From positions 774,727-838,726 of the forward strand of contig CP065013.1 in assembly GCA_016700315.1 (NCBI GenBank): DNA of 64,000 bases, written 5' to 3'. Shown in pieces: positions 9,320 through 18,012 of the stretch. Source of the DNA: Candidatus Saccharimonadota bacterium. Lineage in GTDB: Bacteria; Patescibacteriota; Saccharimonadia; Saccharimonadales; SZUA-47. The notes beneath the pieces were generated by a model, which saw only the letters and a program-made list of their open reading frames with translations, did not search any database and was not told where the DNA came from. Within the stretch, counting starts at the first letter, position 1. Each line of letters starts with the position of its first letter. Both the position numbers and the translations under genes were made by a program.

Positions 9320-9534
9320 GCCACCGACCAAGCCCAGCCGTTTCTGCGCTCCAGCGCAGCCGACCCGACAGACCTGACTTTTCTCAACTGAAAGAAGAAA
9401 TTCGGCGGGGGGAACATCAAAAATGCAAAAGTCAGGGCTGGCGGGGCGGGTCAGCCTTTGGCTGGCAAACGGTGGGGCTTACATTTACACATCTTGTTGG
9501 AAATAGGTTCTAGCCTCGTTGTAAAAATGAGCCA
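9320..9534. repeat. IR-B right copy (inverted), ends ...GTAAAAATGAGCCA
   Basis: Exact reverse-complement match to 7545-7758. Confidence 0.9.
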
Positions 9535-10231
9535 AATGCGACAGCAGAATTTCAGACCTAAGTCCCTAATTCTGCTATTACATATGGAAGCATCATTTAA
9601 TATCGTCAGTGCATTCTTCAAAGGCTCTTCAAATCAAGCCAAACTGGCAGCTGGATTGGAGGCAACAAAACACTCAGATAGTGATAGCTTTTTGTATTTA
9701 TCATATGTCATTGCAAGTATTTCTCAATCTGTAGCAGCCTTAGAAGCAGAAGCATTTAATATTATTAACTATGGCATAGGACATACGAAGGGCTCTAACG
9801 GTTACAACTTAGAATCGATTGTTGCCCTACATACAGATGCGGCGAAAATCGATAGGATGCCTATTGTAGATAGATATTCTGTTATTTTGCAAATATTGGG
9901 TAAGGAACCGATGAATTACGATGAAGATATAGTCCGTGATATGCATAATCTCTACAATCTGAGAAATGAAACCACACATTATAAGTCATTTGCCACAAAC
10001 GAAATTATTCCTGAACCTAATAACGATGAAGATTCTGCGTCTAGAGTAAATTTCAAATTACTTGATGATCTAGGCCTTAAGAAATCACATTTTTACGGCA
10101 AAGAGTACGGAGGTGTTCCATTACTGCAATATCTAGGATACGAAACAGCAAAATACTCGAATATCATCGCCAAAAACTTTCTCGTGTATTTTTATAACAA
10201 ATTAGGCGAAGACAATCCATATCTAGATTAA
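9527..10231 (+). CDS. hypothetical protein with C-terminal Rx4H (HEPN-like) motif LRNETTHY; cassette gene
   Basis: Start ATGAGCCAA overlaps the AGCCA core ending IR-B; no other recognisable domain. Confidence 0.5.
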   Translation: MSQMRQQNFRPKSLILLLHMEASFNIVSAFFKGSSNQAKLAAGLEATKHSDSDSFLYLSYVIASISQSVAALEAEAFNIINYGIGHTKGSNGYNLESIVALHTDAAKIDRMPIVDRYSVILQILGKEPMNYDEDIVRDMHNLYNLRNETTHYKSFATNEIIPEPNNDEDSASRVNFKLLDDLGLKKSHFYGKEYGGVPLLQYLGYETAKYSNIIAKNFLVYFYNKLGEDNPYLD

Positions 10232-10237
10232 TGTTCC

Positions 10238-10256
10238 AGACCCATATGCTCAGCCA
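10238..10256 (+). repeat. cassette-boundary repeat AGACCCATATGCTCAGCCA, followed by a decayed duplicate of the 5' end of the preceding gene
   Basis: Same 19-nt element with 2 mismatches at 10802-10820; 10246-10311 encodes MLSQMRQLNIRPMSVIL, versus MSQMRQQNFRPKSLILL at 9527. Confidence 0.6.
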
Positions 10257-10321
10257 GATGCGACAGTTGAATATTAGACCCATGTCAGTTATCCTGTTTT
10301 GCATCAGTTAAGCTAACAATT

Positions 10322-10795
10322 ATGAATAAAATATTGAGATTCAAGGATATTCTTTCAAAGATAAGTGGCGTTAGTACATCAATTGCTGGTGTACAGTGGC
10401 AGACTAGCAAGAGTGAACTTGCATGTGCAAAATCAGTGATTAATTACCTAGAAGATAGACGCGTGCTTTACAATCCCACTGAACTCGAGATGCCACATCA
10501 TTGTCTTAACTCAGTTAACGAAATCATGCATTTTCTTACGTCCGAGATTGATGGGTTGAAGGATCAGAGTAACCTAAAGCTTAATCTCAAGATCATGCGC
10601 GCAGCGTGCCGACGTTTTCTTGATTCTAGCCCAGAACCAGTCAATAGATTCCCAAATAGCTACGACTCATGGGTTTTCTATAGTAATTTAGGAGAGTTGC
10701 GTGGTGTCTTTGGACTTTGTCTCCGTGAGATTGTTCTGAACTTTGAGTTAGCAGTTGAAAATGACCTTGCGATGATAATGCCTGCGGAAGATTAA
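10322..10795 (+). CDS. hypothetical protein, cassette gene
   Basis: 157-aa ORF flanked by the 19-nt AGACCC..GCTCAGCCA repeats. Confidence 0.5.
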   Translation: MNKILRFKDILSKISGVSTSIAGVQWQTSKSELACAKSVINYLEDRRVLYNPTELEMPHHCLNSVNEIMHFLTSEIDGLKDQSNLKLNLKIMRAACRRFLDSSPEPVNRFPNSYDSWVFYSNLGELRGVFGLCLREIVLNFELAVENDLAMIMPAED

Positions 10796-10801
10796 AATAT
10801 T

Positions 10802-10820
10802 AGACCCGTAAGCTCAGCCA
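10802..10820 (+). repeat. cassette-boundary repeat AGACCCGTAAGCTCAGCCA
   Basis: Direct repeat of 10238-10256, 7 nt after the stop codon in both cases. Confidence 0.6.
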
Positions 10821-10828
10821 AGGAAAAT

Positions 10829-10852
10829 CCACCCGTTCATGGGTGGTTTTTT
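10829..10852 (+). terminator. rho-independent terminator
   Basis: CCACCC-GTTCAT-GGGTGG hairpin followed by TTTTTT. Confidence 0.6.
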
Positions 10853-11041
10853 CTTGGCTTGGATCAAAGACACAACAGATTGTGTCTTTGGGGACTCGAA
10901 CAGACACAAACCTTGTTCATTGGCATTCCGCGAACGGTTCGCCGGCGTCGCGAGCCTGAAAAAACAGCAAAGCTACGGAACGCCATTCGCAGACCAATTG
11001 ACGCATTGACTTACCCCCGTTTAGCGTGTGATAATCACTCT

Positions 11042-11590
11042 ATGAAACAGGTTGTTTTTGTAACAGGAAATAAGTGGAAAATATCTGACGCTAAAGCCGC
11101 CCTCACTGCGTATGGTATTACGGTAAGGCCACGCAGCTTAGAGCTAGAAGAGATACAGTCTCACGATCCACACCGTATCGCCATGCACAAAGCGCAGCAA
11201 GCTCACGATGCAATTCAACAACCACTCGTGGTAAACGATGCCTCTTGGTCCTTTCCGGCACTCGGTGGGTTCCCCGGGGGATATATAAAGGACGTCGTAC
11301 AGTGGTTTACTACAGAAGATTTTCTATCACTGCTTAGATTCAAGAAAGACAAGAGTCTAACGATAACAGAAACCGTGACCTATATCGACGGCGATACTAC
11401 CCAGACTTTTTCGCACAAGCTTCAAGGTACTATTATTCTGAGCCCTCGCGGCTCCGGCACAAGCATCGAAACCATCGCTGAATTCTCTGGACATACTTTA
11501 GCTGAACTACATTCACAAAATCTTGAGATTAAGCCAGATGGACCAAGTGCATGGGAAGCGTTTGGTAACTGGTACTCAAAGCAACCATGA
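11042..11590 (+). CDS. non-canonical purine NTP pyrophosphatase (Ham1/RdgB/ITPase family)
   Basis: MKQVVFVTGNKWK N-terminal signature; TTGACT-N17-TGTGATAAT promoter-like element just upstream. Confidence 0.8.
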   Translation: MKQVVFVTGNKWKISDAKAALTAYGITVRPRSLELEEIQSHDPHRIAMHKAQQAHDAIQQPLVVNDASWSFPALGGFPGGYIKDVVQWFTTEDFLSLLRFKKDKSLTITETVTYIDGDTTQTFSHKLQGTIILSPRGSGTSIETIAEFSGHTLAELHSQNLEIKPDGPSAWEAFGNWYSKQP

Positions 11591-11817
11591 TGCGACTCGT
11601 TAAATCCAAGAAACCTGTAGATATGTACAACATGGTTGGCTATTGCCCTCCTAGAATTTTAAAGTTCAGATTACCAAACCGGCATTTTGGAAATGACCAA
11701 AAGCTTCAAAAATGTTAGTAAAGCCAAGCCATGACGAACTGACTTTCTTTGATGAAGTGCATCTGTATGACGATAATAAAGAGCTAAGTCTATGATAAGT
11801 AGATCAGATTATCTCTG

Positions 11818-12579
11818 TTAGCTGTGCATCGGATCCAGATCTATGAGGCTGTATAGCGAATTTTCTTTACCATAGAACCAAGCCCACAACTGATCTCCAT
11901 ACGAGTAGTGCCACCATTCAACCATGCAACTGGCAAGACCAGCCTGGAGCATTGCAGTAAGTAGAATAAGCCTGTTAGATTTTTGCGTGTCAGTCAGCTC
12001 TTCACAAAATAGGTAAGACTTTTCGGTGTCATCGTTTAGCTTGCTACCAAAATCAACCAGCTTTCCTGTCGTGGTATCTATCATGTCTACATCGACTGCA
12101 GCTCCACATACATGGGGCGGTAAAGTGGTTTCGGGATCACTCACAAATTCGCGTGCATGCTCTAATGCTTCTTCATCACTAACTTGCGGGTTATCCTTCT
12201 TGTAATCATCTGCACAGTCAATAAGTATTTTTCTTTGCACATCGATTGGTCGATGGCCTGCACGTAGTACTAGTTTGTATCTACTGTCAAGATGATTTGC
12301 TGCGACAAGCAGCCGCTTTGCAAGTTCGGAACGTAGATAGATGGCATCATATTCTGGATGAAGTGACATGTAATCTCTGTAGCGTTGACCCTCCCAGTCG
12401 TTATCGAGTGTCCAACAAGGTTCAACGAGTAATCTTTCTGCAGATTCAACCCTCACCAAAGAATCTTTTTGATCGCTCGACTGATATTTAGAGAAATCTA
12501 CACTTTCGTTACTGCGAGCTCTGGCTAGTTTTTCTTCTATTGTCATAAGTTCATCATTCACATATATATTGTCACACAA
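11818..12579 (-). CDS. D-Ala-D-Ala dipeptidase, peptidase M15 (VanX/DdpX-like); true start may be the internal MTIEEKL
   Basis: HRPIDVQRK ... HVCGAAVDVDMID zinc-binding motifs typical of VanX. Confidence 0.7.
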   Translation of the reverse strand: MCDNIYVNDELMTIEEKLARARSNESVDFSKYQSSDQKDSLVRVESAERLLVEPCWTLDNDWEGQRYRDYMSLHPEYDAIYLRSELAKRLLVAANHLDSRYKLVLRAGHRPIDVQRKILIDCADDYKKDNPQVSDEEALEHAREFVSDPETTLPPHVCGAAVDVDMIDTTTGKLVDFGSKLNDDTEKSYLFCEELTDTQKSNRLILLTAMLQAGLASCMVEWWHYSYGDQLWAWFYGKENSLYSLIDLDPMHS

Positions 12580-12652
12580 AAGTAGCAGTCTAAGTAGTTT
12601 AAGTTGTTTTAGAACATAAGCTGATGAAAAATTTGCAAGTTAAAATATTCTT

Positions 12653-13837
12653 CTAGCGGCGGGCACAAGTTTGGCAGTTATCCTCGGTGGTATCGCTAGC
12701 ACGCCAGATAGTGAGCGCTCTAAGTGGGCCCATCAGGTCGGAGTAGCCGATAAAGTCAGCGAAGCGCCTCAGAATAGCAGGTAAAATGCCGCCAATTGTC
12801 AGGCGACCCCATTGCAACACGGCGCTGCGGTCGCCGATAGGCACGATTTGGATAGGCTTGGCGGGGTTGTAAGCTTTTCTTTTTTTGTTGTTAAGTCGTC
12901 TGGTTATGTCCTTATAGACAAAATTGCCATTTTGAACCGCAGTTAAGGCTAGACCAGAGTATTTGGTCGCTGCGTTATCGCCGATTACATAAATACTCGG
13001 CCGAATCTGTAGATACTGGTTGACTTTGATTTTGTTGCGTTCGCCAACGGGGAAAACATCCGCCTTATCGGCAAAAAATGGATTGTTGATAGCCCCAGCC
13101 GTCCAGATAATGGCGTGAGTTGGGATTGGCCCTTCGTTGGTGCGCAGCTCATCTAATCTGCCAGCTGTAACTTTGGTATTGAGTCGGATTTTGACACCTA
13201 ACTTCTCAAGTCTACGTTTAGCAATTCTGCTGGCGCGCTCGCTCATAACAGGCAAAAGCCGCGGTGCGCCTTCGACTAGCCAGATATTGATGCGTTTGCG
13301 ACTGCGGCGATGTTTGCGGGCAATTTTACGCAGGTAGTTTCCGAGACCTGCTGCTAATTCAACACCAGTTGGGCCACCACCGACCACCACAAAGTTGCGC
13401 GACGCCTCGTCGTCTAACATAAGTGTGTCGTGCAAATGCTTGCGAAGTTTGACGACTTCTTGGCTGGTTTTCATGCCGTAGGCGTATTCGTGGAGGCCCT
13501 CGATATTGAAGAAAGTACTGACAACGCCGATCGCAAAAACGATCTCGTCATATTCGATAATCTGGCCAGACTCTAGGTTTAACTTCTTGGTGTCGACGTC
13601 GATACTCAGTGCTTTGTCGATAATTAGGTTGAGGTTGGGGCAGTCTAAAAGCATCCATTCTAGCGGCAGGCGTGAGACTCCCACTTTATGGCCGGTCGCA
13701 GAGCGGTAAAGTGCCGGGCAGTAACGGAATTCCTCGCCGTCGCTTATCAGGGTAATATAGACGTTTTTGGTCCTGCGTAGTTTCCTAGCTAAGCGGACGC
13801 CAGCAAAGCCGCCGCCGACAATTACAAGATGTTTCAT
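12653..13837 (-). CDS. ndh: type II NADH dehydrogenase (NDH-2) / FAD-dependent pyridine nucleotide-disulfide oxidoreductase
   Basis: MKHLVIVGGGFAGV and second Rossmann VVVGGGPTGVELA. Confidence 0.8.
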   Translation of the reverse strand: MKHLVIVGGGFAGVRLARKLRRTKNVYITLISDGEEFRYCPALYRSATGHKVGVSRLPLEWMLLDCPNLNLIIDKALSIDVDTKKLNLESGQIIEYDEIVFAIGVVSTFFNIEGLHEYAYGMKTSQEVVKLRKHLHDTLMLDDEASRNFVVVGGGPTGVELAAGLGNYLRKIARKHRRSRKRINIWLVEGAPRLLPVMSERASRIAKRRLEKLGVKIRLNTKVTAGRLDELRTNEGPIPTHAIIWTAGAINNPFFADKADVFPVGERNKIKVNQYLQIRPSIYVIGDNAATKYSGLALTAVQNGNFVYKDITRRLNNKKRKAYNPAKPIQIVPIGDRSAVLQWGRLTIGGILPAILRRFADFIGYSDLMGPLRALTIWRASDTTEDNCQTCARR

Positions 13838-13902
13838 TAGTTTAATTTTAGCATAAGCGCTCTTGCGTGCCTTGCTAATTTCGCTTAAGCTATTAGTAAA
13901 CG

Positions 13903-15555
13903 ATGGGCAATCTTAAAGACGAGATATTGGGGTTAATCAAGGGTGAGGCTGAAGACTCGCCTGAGTTCAAAGAATTTTATAGCCATGACGCTAGCATGTT
14001 TGAGCTTATCCCAGAGGTCGTAGTAGCGCCGCAGGATAGTGAAGATGTTAAGACTTTGGTAAAGTATGCCCAAGAAAAACACAAGAAGGGTCAACGAATC
14101 TCCCTGACAGCTCGAAGCGGCGGGACAGATATGAGCGGTGCAGCCATTTCAGAATCTGTTGTGCTAGATTTTAGCAAACATTTTACTAAAATTGGCGAAG
14201 TAACTAGCACTTCCGCGCAGGTACAACCGGGTGTTTTTTATCGAGATTTTGAACCACTGACACTCCAAAAAGACGCAATAATGCCTAGCTATCCGGCTAG
14301 TCGAGACCTTTGTACGGTTGGTGGAATGGTAGCTAACAACTCAGGTGGAGAAAAATCGCTTCGATATGGAAAAGTAGAAAAATTTGTAAATTCACTAAAG
14401 GTAGTTTTTGCCGACGGCAATGAGTACGAGGTAAAACCACTCACCAAACGTGAGCTGGAAGCCAAAATCGCTCAAGGGGACTACGAGGGCGGAATTTACC
14501 GTAAAGTTTTTGAACTTGTTGATAAGCATTATGATGAAATTCAAGCGGCTCGACCAAAAGTTAGCAAAGATTCAACTGGCTATCATTTGTGGGATATTTG
14601 GAACCGTGAAACTGGAATTTTTGACCTCTGCCAAGCCATTATCGGTAGTCAAGGTACGCTCGGATTGGTGACAGATATCAACTTCAAGCTTGTGCCGGCT
14701 TATAAGCATTCTGGTACTTTAGTTATGTTCCTACGTTCAATTGATGATCTTGGCAGCCTGATAAATGATGTTATGGCGCATAAACCTGCTACTTTTGAAG
14801 GCTTTGATAATTACACGTTGATGTTGAGCTTTAAACTCTTCCCGCTTTTTCACAAGCGGCTAGGTTGGTGGGGCATGATCAAGCTAGCAATCCAGCTAAT
14901 ACCTAACGCTTTCATGCTTTTCCGTGGAATACCGAAAATGGTTATGTTGATTGAGTTTGACGGCAACGATCCGAGCGAGGTTGCCGCAAAAGTCCATGCT
15001 TTACGGGAATCTTTGCATAATTACGACCACGAAAGCCTGTTCGAGGAAGATGAGACAGAGGCTAAGAGCAAGAAGTTCTGGATAATGCGGCGTGAGAGCT
15101 TCAAGTTGCTCCGCGACAAAGTCCACGACAAGCACACGGCGCCGTTTATGGACGATCTAATTGTACGCCCAGAGTTTTTGCCAGAGTTTTTGCCAAAGAT
15201 CCGTACGATTATCAAAAAGTATAACTTGCTAGCGACCATTGCAGGCCACATGGGAGATGGAAACTTTCATATTATTCCGCTGATGAACATAGAGCGTGAA
15301 GATGAAAAAGCCAAACTAGAGCCTGCCATGCGCGAGATAAACAAAGTGGTACTGGACTATCAAGGTTCTCTCAGTGGTGAGCATAATGACGGTATGATTC
15401 GTGGGCCGTGGTTACGCGAAATGTATGGACCAAAAATGTTCAAGCATTTTAAAACACTCAAGGAAATATTTGACCCAAACTACATATTTAACCCACACAA
15501 AAAGACAGACTCTGACTGGCAATATTCGATGAAGCACCTTCGTGAAAAGTTCTAG
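13903..15555 (+). CDS. FAD-linked oxidase (GlcD / D-lactate dehydrogenase family)
   Basis: PCMH-type FAD-binding N-terminus (RSGGTDMSGAAI) and FAD-oxidase C-terminal domain. Confidence 0.75.
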   Translation: MGNLKDEILGLIKGEAEDSPEFKEFYSHDASMFELIPEVVVAPQDSEDVKTLVKYAQEKHKKGQRISLTARSGGTDMSGAAISESVVLDFSKHFTKIGEVTSTSAQVQPGVFYRDFEPLTLQKDAIMPSYPASRDLCTVGGMVANNSGGEKSLRYGKVEKFVNSLKVVFADGNEYEVKPLTKRELEAKIAQGDYEGGIYRKVFELVDKHYDEIQAARPKVSKDSTGYHLWDIWNRETGIFDLCQAIIGSQGTLGLVTDINFKLVPAYKHSGTLVMFLRSIDDLGSLINDVMAHKPATFEGFDNYTLMLSFKLFPLFHKRLGWWGMIKLAIQLIPNAFMLFRGIPKMVMLIEFDGNDPSEVAAKVHALRESLHNYDHESLFEEDETEAKSKKFWIMRRESFKLLRDKVHDKHTAPFMDDLIVRPEFLPEFLPKIRTIIKKYNLLATIAGHMGDGNFHIIPLMNIEREDEKAKLEPAMREINKVVLDYQGSLSGEHNDGMIRGPWLREMYGPKMFKHFKTLKEIFDPNYIFNPHKKTDSDWQYSMKHLREKF

Positions 15556-15674
15556 CCTAGTTTAGGCGGTAGCAACTACCCTTAACTAAGCCCCTAGCCT
15601 TAACCCTAATATATGCAGTTCAGGCTTCCTCACCTCTTGGTCTAAAAGCCTGTATAAAGTGGCAAAAAAGATAA

Positions 15675-15704
15675 TTGACCTAACTTGGTATCCCATGGTA
15701 TAAT
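15675..15704 (+). promoter_or_regulatory. sigma70-like promoter TTGACC-N18-TATAAT
   Basis: Consensus hexamers about 30 nt upstream of the 15734 start. Confidence 0.4.
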
Positions 15705-15733
15705 AATTGCGAATTTAACGGAGTAACAGATTC

Positions 15734-16585
15734 ATGGCAATCACTAGTTTAGTGCGACCGGAACAGAAACCAAAACTTCCCTTTGATCCAGGCCAAACAG
15801 CCGAACTTTTCGGTGAAGTCTTAGGTATATTAGGCTTTGTTGTTGATGACGCGGTCAGGCAAGAGCTTGCTAAAGACACAGATGATCTGGCTACCAGACT
15901 AGCAACTGCCAAATTTGCTGGTCAAGCCGTGACAGGCGAAGCCGTATTAAACATCCCATATAGTCTTTTAACTACAGCTGAGCTAATCGAAGGGATAGAC
16001 AGTGCAGATAGCCGTAAGTTCAGAGGTGCTAACCAAGGCAAAAAGTTTTTGGAAGCTGTTGTTTTTCATGAGCTTTGGACCCCAGGCACAGACGCCGATA
16101 GTTACACTGATGAGCAACTAGGTGCTGCTAGCGGTAAGCTTACCACCGTCAGGTTCCTAGTCAATAATCCACATAAAAACAGCAAAAACAAAGGTTATTC
16201 AGCAGAACCGCTACTCCACTTCTTAGGCGATCCATTCGATGCGAAGTATGCTAAAGACAGCCAGCAGACTCAGTTAGACAAAACAGCAGCTACAAAAGCT
16301 GATTTTCAGCGAACATACTCACAACTAGAATTACGAGCTGCCGCCCACCGCGAAATAGCAGTCTTAGGCCTAATGCGGCGTATTTGTGGCCAGCCGATGC
16401 CAATAGAATGGGGCTTTATGTACGACGGCAACCTGCCGCGCAAAACTGTGGGCGGCAACTCGTTCGTCGCGAGCGTTCGCTCGGACGATGGTCAGGCTAA
16501 CTTCGGCAGGGGCAATGGCTACGCGGATGACGACGCTGGCGTTGGCCTTTCGGCGGGGCTAGTAAGCGATCGTATTGAGCTTTAA
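15734..16585 (+). CDS. hypothetical protein
   Basis: 283-aa ORF, Gly/Asp-rich C-terminus, no recognisable motif. Confidence 0.45.
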   Translation: MAITSLVRPEQKPKLPFDPGQTAELFGEVLGILGFVVDDAVRQELAKDTDDLATRLATAKFAGQAVTGEAVLNIPYSLLTTAELIEGIDSADSRKFRGANQGKKFLEAVVFHELWTPGTDADSYTDEQLGAASGKLTTVRFLVNNPHKNSKNKGYSAEPLLHFLGDPFDAKYAKDSQQTQLDKTAATKADFQRTYSQLELRAAAHREIAVLGLMRRICGQPMPIEWGFMYDGNLPRKTVGGNSFVASVRSDDGQANFGRGNGYADDDAGVGLSAGLVSDRIEL

Positions 16586-16668
16586 GCCTTGGCATTTCTT
16601 TTTTCTTGTTTTGAAGCTAAATAATTTGTATAGTAATGTGCCGACCCTTACTCACTAAACTCTAAAGC

Positions 16669-17853
16669 TTAAGCTCTGCATTCTGATTCTGTCATCTCTT
16701 GGGGTAAGAAGCTGTCTTTGGGTTTGAAACCTGCCTGCCACTGATAGTCCTTGCCATAGCCTAAGTCTTTCATTAGCTCAGTTGGGGCGTTGCGGATCCA
16801 GAGCGGTACGCTTGCGTTAGGAAAGCGTTTGGCAAGATCAATCGCACTTGCCATTAAATCGGTTGCTTCTCGTGACTTTGGTGCTTTGGCTAAAACAGCT
16901 GCACAGTGAAAAAGGTTGTATTGACACTCTGGCATGCCGATTCGCTCAGCGGCTAGGAATGTACTAACTGCCAAATTTAGTGCGGCGCTAGCTGCCAGAC
17001 CAATATCCTCACTAGCAAAAATCACCATACGACGTGCAATAAACTTAGGGTCTTCACCGGCTTGGAGCATGCGGGCAAGGTAGTAGCAAGCTGCTTTTTC
17101 ATCGCTGCCTCGCATGGATTTGATAAACGCGCTGACAATATCGTAGTGACTGTCGCCTTTCTTATCATAGGCAGGAGCTACTGTTTGGGCGGCTTGTTCG
17201 ATAGTATCTTTGGTTATCTTCTGACCTCTGGCTAGCTTTACGGCCAACTCCAAATTACCAAGTGCGCTACGCGCATCACCGTGACTAAGGGTGACAATAG
17301 TATCTATGGCCTGTTTGGTTAATTTACCGCCAAGTTTTAAGTTCTTGCTCGCTCGGGCAATGATTTTGGACATATCGCTGTTACCAATTGGCTTTAAAAC
17401 AACTACTCTCGCCCGAGACAGAAGCGGCCGGATAACTTCGAAACTAGGGTTTTCAGTTGTAGCGCCAATCAGGGTTATTAACCCAGATTCGACATGCGGC
17501 AAAAAAGCGTCTTGTTGAGCTTTGTTGAAGCGGTGAATTTCATCAACAAAGAGCACGGTGTCTGTTTTTAGACGCTGATTTTGGCGGGCATGCTCGACTA
17601 TTTTCCTTACATCAGCTAATCCAGACGTAACAGCGCTAATTTCGATAAAGTCGGCATCTGCGTTACTGGCCAACATGCGAGCTAGGGTTGTTTTACCACT
17701 TCCTGGCGGCCCCCAAAATATCAGACTGCTAACCGATTTTGAATTAAACATATGCCTTAGCAGTCCGTTAGAGGATAATAACTCGTCTTGACCAAAAACT
17801 TCTTCAGGCTTTTTTGGTCGTAAAGCTTCGGCTAGAGGCCGGTTTGTTTGCAT
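16669..17853 (-). CDS. rarA: replication-associated recombination protein A (RarA/MgsA AAA+ ATPase)
   Basis: [17 protein letters not shown] Walker [17 protein letters not shown] Walker B/sensor, MgsA C-terminal domain. Confidence 0.9.
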   Translation of the reverse strand: MQTNRPLAEALRPKKPEEVFGQDELLSSNGLLRHMFNSKSVSSLIFWGPPGSGKTTLARMLASNADADFIEISAVTSGLADVRKIVEHARQNQRLKTDTVLFVDEIHRFNKAQQDAFLPHVESGLITLIGATTENPSFEVIRPLLSRARVVVLKPIGNSDMSKIIARASKNLKLGGKLTKQAIDTIVTLSHGDARSALGNLELAVKLARGQKITKDTIEQAAQTVAPAYDKKGDSHYDIVSAFIKSMRGSDEKAACYYLARMLQAGEDPKFIARRMVIFASEDIGLAASAALNLAVSTFLAAERIGMPECQYNLFHCAAVLAKAPKSREATDLMASAIDLAKRFPNASVPLWIRNAPTELMKDLGYGKDYQWQAGFKPKDSFLPQEMTESECRA

Positions 17854-17860
17854 ATACTCA

Positions 17861-17890
17861 TAATAACCCCAGCTCGACGTTAGTCAACCC
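17861..17890 (-). promoter_or_regulatory. conserved 26-nt motif GGGTTGACTAACGTCGAGCTGGGGTT immediately upstream of rarA
   Basis: Near-identical copies at 18013-18040 and 61206-61233, each oriented toward a DNA-repair or replication gene. Confidence 0.45.
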
Positions 17891-18012
17891 AAGTGAATAT
17901 AAATTTGTATCTGTAAATCTTATCACTACGGCGTAGTTTATGTGTTAACGGCTACGTAAAATACATTAAAAATGCAATCTTTACTAGCTAAAATGTATAT
18001 GTATATTTATAG

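Noticed and set aside
10859-11041. Upstream part of ORF 10859..11590 (MDQRHNRLCLWGLEQ...)
   Set aside because: The Ham1 homology begins at MKQVVFVTGN (11042). The upstream 60 codons cover two hairpins and a promoter-like element and are probably non-coding.
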